A stretch of DNA of 64,000 nt from Dictyostelium discoideum (lineage: Eukaryota): NCBI GenBank assembly GCA_000004695.1, contig CM000150.2, positions 1-64,000 of the forward strand, in the 5' to 3' direction. Both the position numbers and the translations under genes were made by a program. The notes under the pieces are model-generated. The model was not told the DNA's origin. It searched no databases and saw only the letters and a list, made by a program, of their open reading frames with translations. Below are positions 34,922 through 46,104 of this stretch, piece after piece (within the stretch, counting starts at the first letter, position 1; each line of letters begins with the position of its first letter).

Positions 34922-35578
34922 TTTGTTTATATTATCATATATATATATATATTATGAATAACATTTATTTATTTGAATTTCCCAAATATCTAAGATAATT
35001 TTTTAGAATGTTATAGAACATTCGAAGAATAAAAAATTTTCCAAAGAAAAGTAAAAATTTCGAACCGGCACAATGACGCGATCATTGAGCAAGGTCGAAA
35101 AACATAAAAATTAAATTGAAACCTTTGATTTAAGAATGAAATCAATGGAAGATCAAATCAACAACCTTTCCTTAGCCTTTACAAGATTCATGAAAGAACC
35201 AATGTTCTATTCTAATAAAAATTCACGTAGCCAACCTTCTCATGATAACTCTGACACTGAGAATGAACAAAGTGAAGATGAATCAAGTAACAATTTCGAT
35301 GTTTCAACCGATTATCAATTATCCGATACCTTACTTGGTCAGTACAAACATATGGTAAACAATCAAGGTTTACTCGTAGAAGAAGAATGTATCCTCAAGA
35401 AAGATGAGATATCCGAATTGAATAAAGTATTCAACTTTCCATCTAACTTCCAAGTGAATGTCGCTCCATTTATTACACTTGAAGGTAATTCTGTATCATC
35501 CAACTTCAAAAACAATGATACTGACTTGTTGATTGTCGAAAAGAGAATCAATGATAGCTTGAAACCTTTGATTCTCTT
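34922..35578 (+). mobile_element. DIRS-1 copy I: partial variant left ITR fused to a diverged ORF1 N-terminal part
   Basis: ITR outer 175 bp (same aaaaacataaaaa variant as at 20440), then ESFDLRMKSMEDQINNLSLAFTRFMKEP... with several substitutions. Confidence 0.75.
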
Positions 35579-35587
35579 TTTTTTATA

Positions 35588-35775
35588 AATTTTTTGATAT
35601 TTATTAACAATTAAAATAAAAAATATATATAAAAATAAATAAAATAAAAGAATGATTTACATACTAAATTTTAATTCTACGATAAGTCTTAACAAATATT
35701 GTTTAATATTATATAAAATTTTTGTTTTAAATAATGCGTTTTATTAAAAAAAAAAAAAAAAAAAAACAAATTTCA
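35588..35775 (+). repeat. Second copy of the oligo(A)-terminated repeat end
   Basis: Shares its first about 50 bp and last about 75 bp plus the A-run with 14590-14900. Confidence 0.4.
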
Positions 35776-35919
35776 TTTTAATTTTAAATCTTATAATTTT
35801 TTTTTTTTTTTTATTATTTTTTTTCACTTGAAAAGGTGTAAACATAGAAGTAGAAGATATCATCTACTTTTCATATTAATTTAATATGAAGTTTTTAACT
35901 TGGAAAAATTAAATTTATT

Positions 35920-37600
35920 GAATATCAAAAAGAGCACCAAAATCAACAAGTTTTGTTTCATTTGATAAATCACTTCTGATTGTTTGGTATTTATTGACTA
36001 AATAGCCAATGACACACCACACATCGTGATGTCTTTCCAAAACTTTATCCATATCTATTGTATCGCTTTTAAATTTATATATAAGTGGTAGACTTGCTAT
36101 TTAAAATTGTTTAATTCTTGTAAATACGTTTTCTATAATTATTCTAATAGATTTTTGATTGTTATCTTTTTATTTTTGGTAATCAGTTCTTTGACCTGAT
36201 GGGATCGTAAATATATTTTTGAAATGTTTTGTTAAACCCCTGAATCTTTTGTCACCAAACACGGAATCAACATTTTCATCTAATGATTTAATAAATTCTA
36301 AATCTCTTTGAAATAAATTAATATCGTTTTTACAACCACCACTTGGGTACCCTATGTGTAATATTTTCCCACTATTAGGACAACAATAAACTAGTAGAGT
36401 TAAAGTTGATTTACATTTTTTACCACTGTATAACATATTTCTTAATTTTTCATTGGTGGGAATAGTTATTTGTTGTTCCGATCCATCCACCACCATTGTT
36501 ACTGTATATTGTTTAACACCATCATTATAGTCACAACTATTTGATTTATCTTTTCTATCATTAAATATTGATTGGAAATTATTAATTGCTAATTGTTTTG
36601 TATATATTATATATTCATCAACATATCTTTTTAAAGTTCTGGTATCAATATTAAAAAGAACTTCCATTATAACAGGTCATGTATAGTGGCGAAAATAAAT
36701 GCAATATAGTTTCTTTCGACCCCTTTTTTCACCATTTTTAACAACCAACTTTTCTAAAATGTAGTCATTGAAATTTTCGTATGATATTCCAATTAAAGAT
36801 AAAAATTTATCCTTTAATTTTTCAATGGATACATTTGTTAAAAATTGTCTTTTATTTTTATTTTTTTGTTTTGATATTTTTGGAATTACCTTTTGGTTTT
36901 CCTTGAACCAACTCTTGTTCATCCTCTTCTTCTTCTTCATCATTTTTTGATTTTGATCTTGTTTTAATTGGTTCTTTTTTATCTTTTGATTTTTCATCTT
37001 TTTCTTCTTTTTCTTTTTCTTTTTCTTTTTCTTTTGGGGAGAATCTTCTTATAATTGTCTCCATGGTTTGTGTATATTGTTTCAATTTTACTGGTGAATT
37101 TACATTTGATATTTGTTTTGTTTGTTGAGTCGATTCTATCTGTTGAATGGGTTCAATGTTTTCAATGGTTTCGATTGGTTGTTTGGACTGATTTTGATGT
37201 TTGAACTAGCTGTGATTCATCTTTGAAGAAATTTAGTTTTAATTCATTTGTTCTTTTTCTTTTCCACCTTTCTTCACTTGAGAGTGAACAATTATTCATA
37301 TTTTATTCAACAAAGTTCAATTTAAAAGTTAATTCTTCAACTTTTTTTGATAATTCTTCTATCTGTTTTTGTTTATCATTAAATTGTTCAATTGTTGGAA
37401 ATCTTTCAATTTCATTTTCATCTAGTTTAACATTTATACATTTATGAACATGTTCTTGAATTAATTCAATCGTTTTGGCTGAAAATTCAATTACACAATT
37501 ACATATAAAACATTCAGTTGTAAACTTTTTCATATTAAATTTTATATTGTAAAACAAAAAAAAAAATTTAACAAAAAAAAACAAATTTTTTTTTTTTTAT
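35920..37600 (-). mobile_element. Harbinger/PIF-like DNA transposon remnant (DDE_Tnp_4-type transposase), degenerate
   Basis: Minus ORF 36170..36667 carries MVVDGSEQQITIP (DG-hip), GYPSGGCKNDINLFQ (pGS-hD) and VFGDKRFRGL (GDsgY) in the order and spacing typical of PIF/Harbinger DDE transposases. The N-terminal piece 36677..36997 is in another frame. A small C2HC-like ORF lies at 37303..37584. Confidence 0.55.
36170..36997 (-). pseudogene. Harbinger/PIF-like transposase, split by a stop or frameshift
   Basis: See parent feature. Two adjacent frames are separated by a stop. Confidence 0.5.
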
Positions 37601-39884
37601 TTTTTTTTGTTTTTTTTTTTTGCGGAAATTTATGATATATTTTTGTTCTTTTTCATTTCCATTAACAATAATATGTTTAAGTTTGATATTATTAATTATT
37701 AATTCAGTCCCAAATAATTCATTATAATCATCATTAAATAAGTTGCTAAATGATTATATTGATTTGGTTTTAAGTTTCTAACAATTATTTGATTGATAAA
37801 ATCTGTGACTGATTTATTTTCTTTTACATGCAACTGATTATCTTCTTTCCTTTGTATATTGGATGACATATCTGGATTAGAAACAAATTTGGAATTGATT
37901 AGACACTTTCGGAGAACATTCGAGACAATTCTGACCATGATTTGAGCTTGACCATTACCATGATGGTGGTAAGGCAGACATGTATTGTGAGTAATATTGT
38001 TGACTTGAATACATTTCTTCCAAGGTGTTGATGTGAACAAAGTATCATTATACTCAACTTGATCAACAGTACAGGCATCCAACCCGGATATAAAGTCCAT
38101 ATTGATTTCCATAAAGCATCAGACAGGTAAATGAGATGGCAAGTATAATCCCATGTTCATCTGTGGCGCATAAACAAACATTGCAACTCTTGCAGTAAAA
38201 TAAGATATATTCCATCATTCCATACCAATAAAAATTTCTCTTGACTAATTCAGAAGTTTTACGATTACTCCAGTGTCCAGCAATAGCAGAATCATGATAA
38301 CTTGAAATGACTAACTGTATGACATCTTCAATCTTGATCCATTCGATACCATTCTGATATGTGATACTTAAACTTTTATACTGGTCGTTGATGGTTTCAG
38401 ATTTAATAAGTTTAGCTTCCAATTCATAACCTTTTAAAATTTCCTTAACGATCTTCATTTCATCAAGAATGATACCTGTATTAAAATAATTTTTATCACA
38501 AAAAGAATTTTTAAGAGAGTTAGTAATTTGAGAGAAGTCCATTTTACTTCGATCGAAGTTATGTGATAAATATTATTATTATAATGTGATCTGAAAGACC
38601 ATCAGCGGCTGAATTGGTGACGCCTTTGATGTATTCAAGTGTGACTTTTCAGGCATCAATCTTCTGCATCCATCTGTTGATTCTTTGATTTAACCCAAGG
38701 ACCCTTTGGTTTCTTAGGAATTAAATATTATTATGATGATTACCTTGAACCCAAAGATATTGAAGTGATGCATTTCTAATGATTTCACGAATAGGCTTCC
38801 TTTTCTAACACATTCAAGGTAGAATGGATACTTGGTATTTGGAAGGTTGAGACTTACCGCATTGGCTACAGCTGATTTAACTTGATCAAAAGCCAATTGC
38901 ACCTCAGTATCCCATGTGAAAGCAGAATTCTTCTTAGTGAGACGATAGAGTGGATCAGCTATAATGGCTAAATTTCGGATGAAATCCTTGCAATAATTAA
39001 CGGTTCCCATAAATTATCTAACGGTAGTCTTATCAATTGGTTCTGGCCACTCGACGATTTGACACGGATGAAGAGTTGTACTACATTACATTGAGGTTAT
39101 GATACTTGAGCTTATTGAATACCTGTGATAAATCTTGTTTATGTTGATCATAATAAAAAGATTTTGTTAGTACTAAAATATCATCGATATAGACCACGAC
39201 GAGTCCTCAATCGATTTCATCGGCCAATATTTGTTACATAAATCTTTGAAAAGTATACGGTGCATTCTTGGCACCGAATGGCATTCCCCTCCACTGGAAT
39301 GTACCAAAAGGTGTATGGAATGCTGTCTTTGACCGATCTCTAGGTTCTACTTGGATCTGGTGGAAACCATCGGCTAAATCGATCCTGGACATTAACTTTG
39401 CACCTTTGGTCTTCTGGATGAGTACCGTTGTATTTGGAAGTGGATAACTATCATAAATAGTAAAGTCATTTAATGAACGGTTATCGATGCACATTCACCA
39501 CTTACCATTTTTCTTCTTTGCGAATATCACTGGTGCACCGAATTCTGATTTGTTTCTTTCAATCCATAACTTCTTTAACCTTTCAGTAAGTTGATCTTTC
39601 AATTCTTGTTATATTGACAATAGTACTGGATAACATCTTGATTTTGGAACTTGTGCACCATATTTTAACTTCACTTCAAAATTGAAACCTTTCCGAGATG
39701 GCGGAACTTGGTCTAATGAATCGAAGACTTCCTTGTAGTTTCCCTTCAGATGTTTGATGATGAATTGATCTTGAACTTCTTTCCATTCTTGGTGTTTTAC
39801 TTCCACTACCTTGTATTTCTCTTGATTTGGCTGATGATTAACTTTGTGAACTTGGTACGTTGGTTGATGATTGAAGACCTCTTG
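37600..39884 (-). mobile_element. Ty3/gypsy LTR-retrotransposon pol fragment (Skipper-like), degenerate, RT through integrase
   Basis: Minus ORFs give the RT block YPLPNTTVLIQKTKGAKLMSRIDLADGFHQIQV...MPFGAKNAPYTFQRFM (39234..39494), the integrase zinc region H..H...C..C (38063..38542) and the integrase core ...HHGNGQAQ... (37699..38112). Multiple stops and frameshifts. Confidence 0.7.
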
Positions 39885-39889
39885 ATCAT

Positions 39890-42049
39890 ATGAGCCAACA
39901 AAATTTAAATGAAAATTTTATAATTGATGAGAATAATAATAATTTAGAAAATGAAAATGAAAATGAAAATGAAAATAATTCATTTGAGGATATAGGAAAT
40001 ATATTAAACCAAAATGGACAAGAAAATGATGATATTGAAATTTTAAAAGAAAAAGAAAATGGAAATTTAGGAAAAGAATTAAATAATTATGAAATTGGAT
40101 TTTTAAAGTTGGGTTTAGAAAATGCTAAATCGTTAAAATTTATGCAACAAATTTTGGATTTTTTTAAAAACAATATAAATGCAATTAATGAAATTAGATA
40201 TACAACAAAGTATATGGATTCTATATTTTTAGCAAATTTACCTATCGATGGTCACTTTTTGAGTTACAAATATTATGAAGAGTCAATTTTTTATTATGAA
40301 ATTTGTTCAGTTGTAAAATTATTAATTGAAAAAAAAATTTTTTTAGAATATTTAGATTTCTCAAAAGACTATGAGCAAGGTATTTATAAAAATTATAAAT
40401 CTGGAGAACAATTCAAAAAAGTAAAAAATTCAATTTCAGATAAATTTATTTTATTAAGAATATTTAGTGACGGAATGAGTCATCAAGGTAGATCAGATTA
40501 TACTATAATGGTGGATTTTGAAAATTATAATGGTCCATTTTTTAAAAATAACAAAATTGTTTTATTTAGTGTTCCAAAAGAAAGGTTTCACAATATACAT
40601 CAAACAATTAAAAAATTATTTTCAGCGCAATTTAATAATAAATTAATAATTAAAGATAATAATGGAAATGATTATGAAATTATACCATATGGATTAACAA
40701 TGGATATACCAGAATTTAGATCATCTTGTAGGATTAACCATTATAATTGCAATGAGTTCTCATGTCATACATGTGATAAAGCAAGAGGTGTCGATTATTT
40801 ATTAAAAGAAGGAAATTATAGAAATCAAAAAGACATTATTGACTTTCACAATTCAAAACCAAATAAACAAGATTTTTTGAATCCTCAAAATAAAATTTTA
40901 AAATTAGAAACAGAACAAAAAATGAAAAAAATCGGCATTACAGATTATGACAGATCTTGGGTAGAAAATTTAAAAATAAATTATTTGTACTTACATACTG
41001 ATATTTTACACAAAATATTATTGGGTATTGTACAATGGGTTTTAAATTATATTTTCAAAAAATATAAGGATCAAATTACAATTTTTATAAAAAAATTAAA
41101 AGAAGCTAAAATCATTCCAGATCATTTACCACCATCAGAATCTTTATTTGGTGTAAAAACAAGAAAAGGTAGAGAGAATAGAAGCATATTATATTTTATT
41201 TTATTTTTTACTAAATCAAATGTATCAAATGATGATTCCTTATTATTAGAAGAAATGGTTCAGATTACTTTTTTATTATATCAAGATTCTTTCGACGAAG
41301 ATGATTTGGATAAAATAAATTATTTAGTTAAAAATTTTAATAAAAAAATATTTATGATAATACCAAATGAACCAATCAACTTTCACCTTTTATTACATTA
41401 TCCTTTATATATAAAAAATTGGGGTGCACCAAAATTTACATCAGCAGAGAGATTTGAAGCACAATTTAGTAAAATTAAAGACCTTTTGACAAACAATACA
41501 AACAACCAAGATCAACATAAATTTGAAAGAGTAACAAAAATATTAATGGCAACATTTTTAGATAATTTTAACAATCTAAAAGAAAAAGATGATGACAATA
41601 ATGATTTAATTTTAGGGCAAATAATTAAAAAAAATGAAAATATTTATTTAAAAAATAATATTTTATCAGACATTAACTTGCATTACAAAAACATTGAAAA
41701 TATTCAATTTCATAAATCAATTAAAAATTTAAAAGAAATATATAATGTTGGTGATGGAATTGAAGTTGCCTCAGAAAATTCATTAACTGGACGATGGAGT
41801 GCAATAATTATTGCTATTTGTTTAATAGAATTAAAAAATAAAAAAAGTGCACATTCTATTTATATACAATACTTTGATAAAGATATAGGTGATCAAAATA
41901 ATAAGTACCACTTTTTAAGAAAAAGCTTTTCAAGTATAGTATTTGATAACATAGTAAACACATTAATACCAATACAAATCGATTCGTCTAACTATCTTAT
42001 AATTTATAAGTGCCATGACCAATTTTCAATAAGTAAAAAAAAAAAATGA
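39890..42049 (+). CDS. Element X transposase-like ORF (719 aa here, N-terminally truncated), CACTA/En-Spm (Tnp2-like) family motif
   Basis: HLLLHYPLYIKNWGAPKFTSAERFEAQFSKIKDL fits the conserved H..l.HL...i..wGP......f..ERf...lK box of Tnp2/TnpD-type transposases. In copy (iv) the same ORF is continuous with an upstream zinc-finger-like exon (63601 onward). Confidence 0.55.
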   Translation: MSQQNLNENFIIDENNNNLENENENENENNSFEDIGNILNQNGQENDDIEILKEKENGNLGKELNNYEIGFLKLGLENAKSLKFMQQILDFFKNNINAINEIRYTTKYMDSIFLANLPIDGHFLSYKYYEESIFYYEICSVVKLLIEKKIFLEYLDFSKDYEQGIYKNYKSGEQFKKVKNSISDKFILLRIFSDGMSHQGRSDYTIMVDFENYNGPFFKNNKIVLFSVPKERFHNIHQTIKKLFSAQFNNKLIIKDNNGNDYEIIPYGLTMDIPEFRSSCRINHYNCNEFSCHTCDKARGVDYLLKEGNYRNQKDIIDFHNSKPNKQDFLNPQNKILKLETEQKMKKIGITDYDRSWVENLKINYLYLHTDILHKILLGIVQWVLNYIFKKYKDQITIFIKKLKEAKIIPDHLPPSESLFGVKTRKGRENRSILYFILFFTKSNVSNDDSLLLEEMVQITFLLYQDSFDEDDLDKINYLVKNFNKKIFMIIPNEPINFHLLLHYPLYIKNWGAPKFTSAERFEAQFSKIKDLLTNNTNNQDQHKFERVTKILMATFLDNFNNLKEKDDDNNDLILGQIIKKNENIYLKNNILSDINLHYKNIENIQFHKSIKNLKEIYNVGDGIEVASENSLTGRWSAIIIAICLIELKNKKSAHSIYIQYFDKDIGDQNNKYHFLRKSFSSIVFDNIVNTLIPIQIDSSNYLIIYKCHDQFSISKKKK

Positions 42050-42192
42050 AAAAAATTCGTTGAACTTATTTACATAACTTTTACATTTTTACGTAACTTT
42101 TTCTTTTTTTTTTTTCTTTTTTTCCAATTTTCTTTTTTTTCGGTTGGAAATTATAGGATTTTAAAAAAAATTAAAAAAATATTATAAAAAAA

Positions 42193-42482
42193 ATGACTCA
42201 CAATAATTCTACATCATTTGAAACACCAAATAGAAGTGGTAATTATGTAAATAGATCATCTTTAACTTCACCAACATCACCAATAACACCAATACCATCT
42301 CTTATTTTAAATCAAACTGATACCTCCATAGGTCCACAACGTACTGTTAGAAGACAACAAAGACCTCAAAGACCAAATGCAAGTCATCCACCAACAACAA
42401 ATATTGTAGAAAAAATATTGGTGTATGAAACATTGCACAGAAATTGTGTTTCTCAATACTATGCAACTGGTAAGGTAAGATA

Positions 42483-42530
<48 letters not shown>

Positions 42531-43179
42531 GACTAATTAAATTAAATAAACAAAAACAATACATAAGATTTCCTCTCGTTTTATTAGGACCTGTATATTA
42601 AATGCTGGCGGTACAAATTCAAATGAAAATAAAGTTGTTCTATCCAAATTGGTTAAATGGGTCAACAATAAACGTGGTAACACACGTATTAAAGCCCTAA
42701 ATACCCTTAGACTTTTAGTTAGAAATAAAGTAGAACAGTTCAGCGAGTTGCTCTCTCAGGTTCCAGCATTAATGGAGTATGAATCGGTATGTAAAAAAAA
42801 AAAAAAATAAAAAAATAAAAAAAAAAAAAAAAATAAAAAAAAAAATAAAAAAAAAAAAAAAAATAAATTATTAATAATTTGTTTTTTTAATTTTTTAATT
42901 ATTATTTAGATAACTCCTTTTGATTTGGCCACTCTTATTATCGATACAGTTACCTTAGAAGCTTTTGACTCCGATCCTTTTGTAAAGTTCTTAGTGTCTC
43001 AATGCTTTACAATTGAAGAAAAAGAATGGTACAGCGGTTCCAAACCTCTTATTTCTTTAATAGTTAAAGCATTGCGTGGTGTTTCTCAAAAGTTCATTGA
43101 CTCTCCTGATGAACTTACTTACACTGAAAAGGTTGCTTTTGAATTCACTTCAATACCTCTTTATGCTCCACTAAATTAA
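42193..43179 (+). CDS. Putative downstream exons of the element X gene (42193-42483, about 42590-42782, 42909-43179), separated by short AT-rich introns
   Basis: GTAAG and GTATGT donors and TAG acceptors were read off. The same linked segments recur in copy (ii). The splice pattern is inferred, not verified. Confidence 0.3.
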
Positions 43180-43975
43180 ATCGTTTAAATAAAAAAAATT
43201 AATATGATTTCACATACTCAACTTTAATTTTTTCTTTTTTTTTTAAATCTTTATTTAATTTTTATTTTAAATTTTTATTTTTAATTTTTATTTTTAAAGT
43301 GATATTATTAATATATCTTATTAAGTTAACTTTATAATATAAATTTATAAATGCACTTTTAAATTGAATTTTATAAATATAATTAATAAGAATACTTAAT
43401 AAGTGTACTTATAAAGAGTACATTATAATTATAAATAGTAATTACGCTTAATAAGTATACTTAATAATAATACTTAATAATAATACTTAATAAGTATACT
43501 TATTAAGTATACTTATTAATTTTACTTAATATGTATACTTATTAATTTTACTTAATATGTATACTTAATAATTATACTTAATAAGTATACTAATTAATTA
43601 TACTTAATAATTATACTTAATAATTATACTTAATAAGTATACTTAATAAGTATACTTAATAAGTGTATTTAATAAGTATACTTAATAAGTATACTTTATA
43701 AGTATATTTAATAAGTATACTTAAAAAGTATACTTTATAACTATACTTATTAAGTACACTTTATAATAGTACTATTTACATTCCTACTTTAAAGATGCTT
43801 TTAAGTATTTTTTTTCGCCCCTGTGAAAGGTATAGACAGGGTCATAGGTTCCCCGTCATTTTTTGAAAATGGGGTATATCCCTCTAAATAAATAAATCTA
43901 AAGCTAAATCCTATATTGACTTGCTATATTGCTAAAATTTGAATAAAATGAAAAAAAAAAAAAAAAATCGTAAAA

Positions 43976-44127
43976 ACTCGAGGAAAAAAAAAAAAAAAAT
44001 ATTATTTTTAATTTCCACCCAGCAAACAAAATGAATTTAAATAACATATCATGCATTAATTGCAGAGAAAAATTAAAGAATTTTAAAAATATTATTATTC
44101 ATTATTTTATGCATAAAAATATATGTC
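43976..44127 (+). mobile_element. Element X zinc-finger exon fragment (subfamily of copy i), interrupted by a MITE
   Basis: atttccacccagcaaacaaaATGAATTTAAATAACATATCATGCATTAATTGCAGAG... matches 13672 to 13560 on the - strand. Confidence 0.5.
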
Positions 44128-44770
44128 CACAGCAAAGAAAAATGCACCTTTAAAGCAAATTTAAAGCAAAGTTGATTTAAATTTGATTTAAATTGAATTT
44201 AAAGCCGCATTTAAAAAATTCATTTTTAAGGTAATTTTTAAGGTTATTTTTAAGATATTTAAAAATGCTTTTAAAATTTGCTTTAAAATAAATTTTTAAG
44301 CAATTTTAAAGGTGATTTTAAAGGTGATTTTAAAGGTGATTTTTAAGGTAATTTTTAAGATAATTTTTAAGATATTTAAAAATACCTTTAAAATTTATTT
44401 TAAATTAATTTTAAATTGAATTTAAGTAGATTTAAAGTAGATTTATAGTGAATTTAAATTTCCTTTAAATATAAATTTAAGGTTTTTAATAAAAAAGATC
44501 TAATTTTAGATCAAAATGGGGATAAAATATTCTATCAATTTTAAATTTTCATCAAAGCAATCAAATGGTGAAATGGTTGATGAGACTACCCTTTGATAAA
44601 GGGTCGGGGGGTNGAATCCCTTTTGGTAATTTTTGAAAAATTTAAAAAAAAAATTAAATAATTTTATCCGTTAAATAACGGCTTCGAACTCAGGACCTCG
44701 CTTTTAAAGCGATTAAAAAGGTTATTTTAAAGGTAATTTTTAAGGTGATTTTAAAGTAAACTTTTAAATT
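44128..44770. mobile_element. MITE, truncated (one arm plus core)
   Basis: CACAGCAAAGAAAAATGCACCTTTAAAGC... through the tRNA-like core (n at 44613), ending near ...gattaaaaaggttatttt. Confidence 0.7.
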
Positions 44771-44789
44771 TTTCAAGTAGCTTTAAACT

Positions 44790-45649
44790 TATTGAGTTTT
44801 CAATTCCCAACATTAAACACCGTCCAATAGCTCGTTAGTGGATATAATTCTTTCGTGGAACGTTTTAATGTGCGGGTGTTTCCGCGCCAATGACGGCTAG
44901 CTGGTGGTCGCTTTTTGTAATAACGAACAAGATTGAACAGAGATATCATCATTTGCGATCAACTTAAATAAATAGTCGACAGTCTGGGGAGTAGTGGGCA
45001 TTTCTGGATCGATAAGGTAAGCGTGACGATCATTTTAAATGGTTTCGCCTAAGCCCTTAACTTTACGTGCAACCATCTCAGTAAATTGCTCTGTGGTTAT
45101 TACACCCGCTGTGAGGTCTTGTTTACAGTTAGCGTACCATTGATCTAATTTTTGATTTGGTGTTTGTTTCATGATTGATACTCACTAATGGCTGATAGTA
45201 TTTAATGGGATGCGTGTTTCTTCAGACGACGCTGTAATACCGAATAGCCTTTGTTGAACCGTTCAGCATATAAATTTGACAAGCCGTTATACTGTATGAT
45301 GCGCCGCCATCCATCCGATGCTTACTGCTCAAATGAGGCTGCTGAACGACACAGTACCTTGAATGCCGGCATTAGATTCGATCACCTCATTGCTGGTTTC
45401 AAATGACACTGGCGCACGTCCGACGACCAGACCATCTTTAAGATTGTCGTAAGCTGTTGCGTACTGTAGCAAAGCACGTTTGAAATATAAATTGATTACC
45501 ACAACTAGAACGTTAGGGTTACGTATAGTATACTCAATTAACCAGCGAGTTTTCCCAGTTTGACGTGAGCCACTGAAGCCAATTGTAAACAACTCTCGTA
45601 AATGACATGCCTTAGTACCGCCAAGATTATTAGCAGCGCTACGCATTAT
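44790..45649 (-). other. Higher-G+C island I3: phage-like DNA with a terminase-large-subunit-type ATPase fragment
   Basis: Minus ORF 45329..45646 contains GFSGSRQTGKTRWL. The SRQTGKT box closely matches the T4 gp17 Walker A box SRQLGKT. Downstream frames are broken. Confidence 0.45.
45329..45646 (-). pseudogene. T4-type large terminase N-terminal ATPase fragment (Walker A SRQTGKT)
   Basis: See island I3. Only about 105 codons are open. Confidence 0.4.
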
Positions 45650-46104
45650 TTAAAAATTTAATTTATTAAATTATATTTTATATTAAATATATATATATAT
45701 ATTATGAATAACATTTATTTATTTGAATTTCCCAAATATTTAAGATAATTTTTTAGAATGTTCTAGAACATTCGAAGAATAAAAAAAAATTTTCGAAAGA
45801 AAAGTAAAAATTTCGAACCGGCACAATGACGCGATCATTGTGTAAGGTCGAAAAACTGAAAAATTCCGAACCGACACTATGCACAAAGTTGTGAAGGGTC
45901 GAAAACTCTTATTTTTTTGAGTTTTGCGAAATTTTTAAGAAAATAAAAACGTATAAATAGTGGCACAAAAAACTAAAACAATTTGATTTATGGAATTCCG
46001 ACTAAGGGCGGGTGGGATGGGACTAATATATATATATATATTTAATATAAAATATAATTTAATAAATTAAATTTTTAATTTATATTATCATATATATATA
46101 TATA

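Larger units (their letters stand above)
39885..43825 (+). mobile_element. Element X copy (iii): 5'-truncated DNA transposon with an intact long ORF, downstream exons, subterminal repeats and 3' TIR
   Basis: Ends ...CTTTAAAGATGCTTTTAAGTATTTTTTTTCGCCCCTGTG at 43825, the complement of the CACAG TIR. 16-bp tacttaataagtatac subterminal repeats lie at 43380-43750. Confidence 0.75.

Noticed and set aside
42307-42564. Minus-strand ORF encoding poly-Phe
   Set aside because: Caused by a 48-nt A-run inside a putative intron of element X. Not coding.
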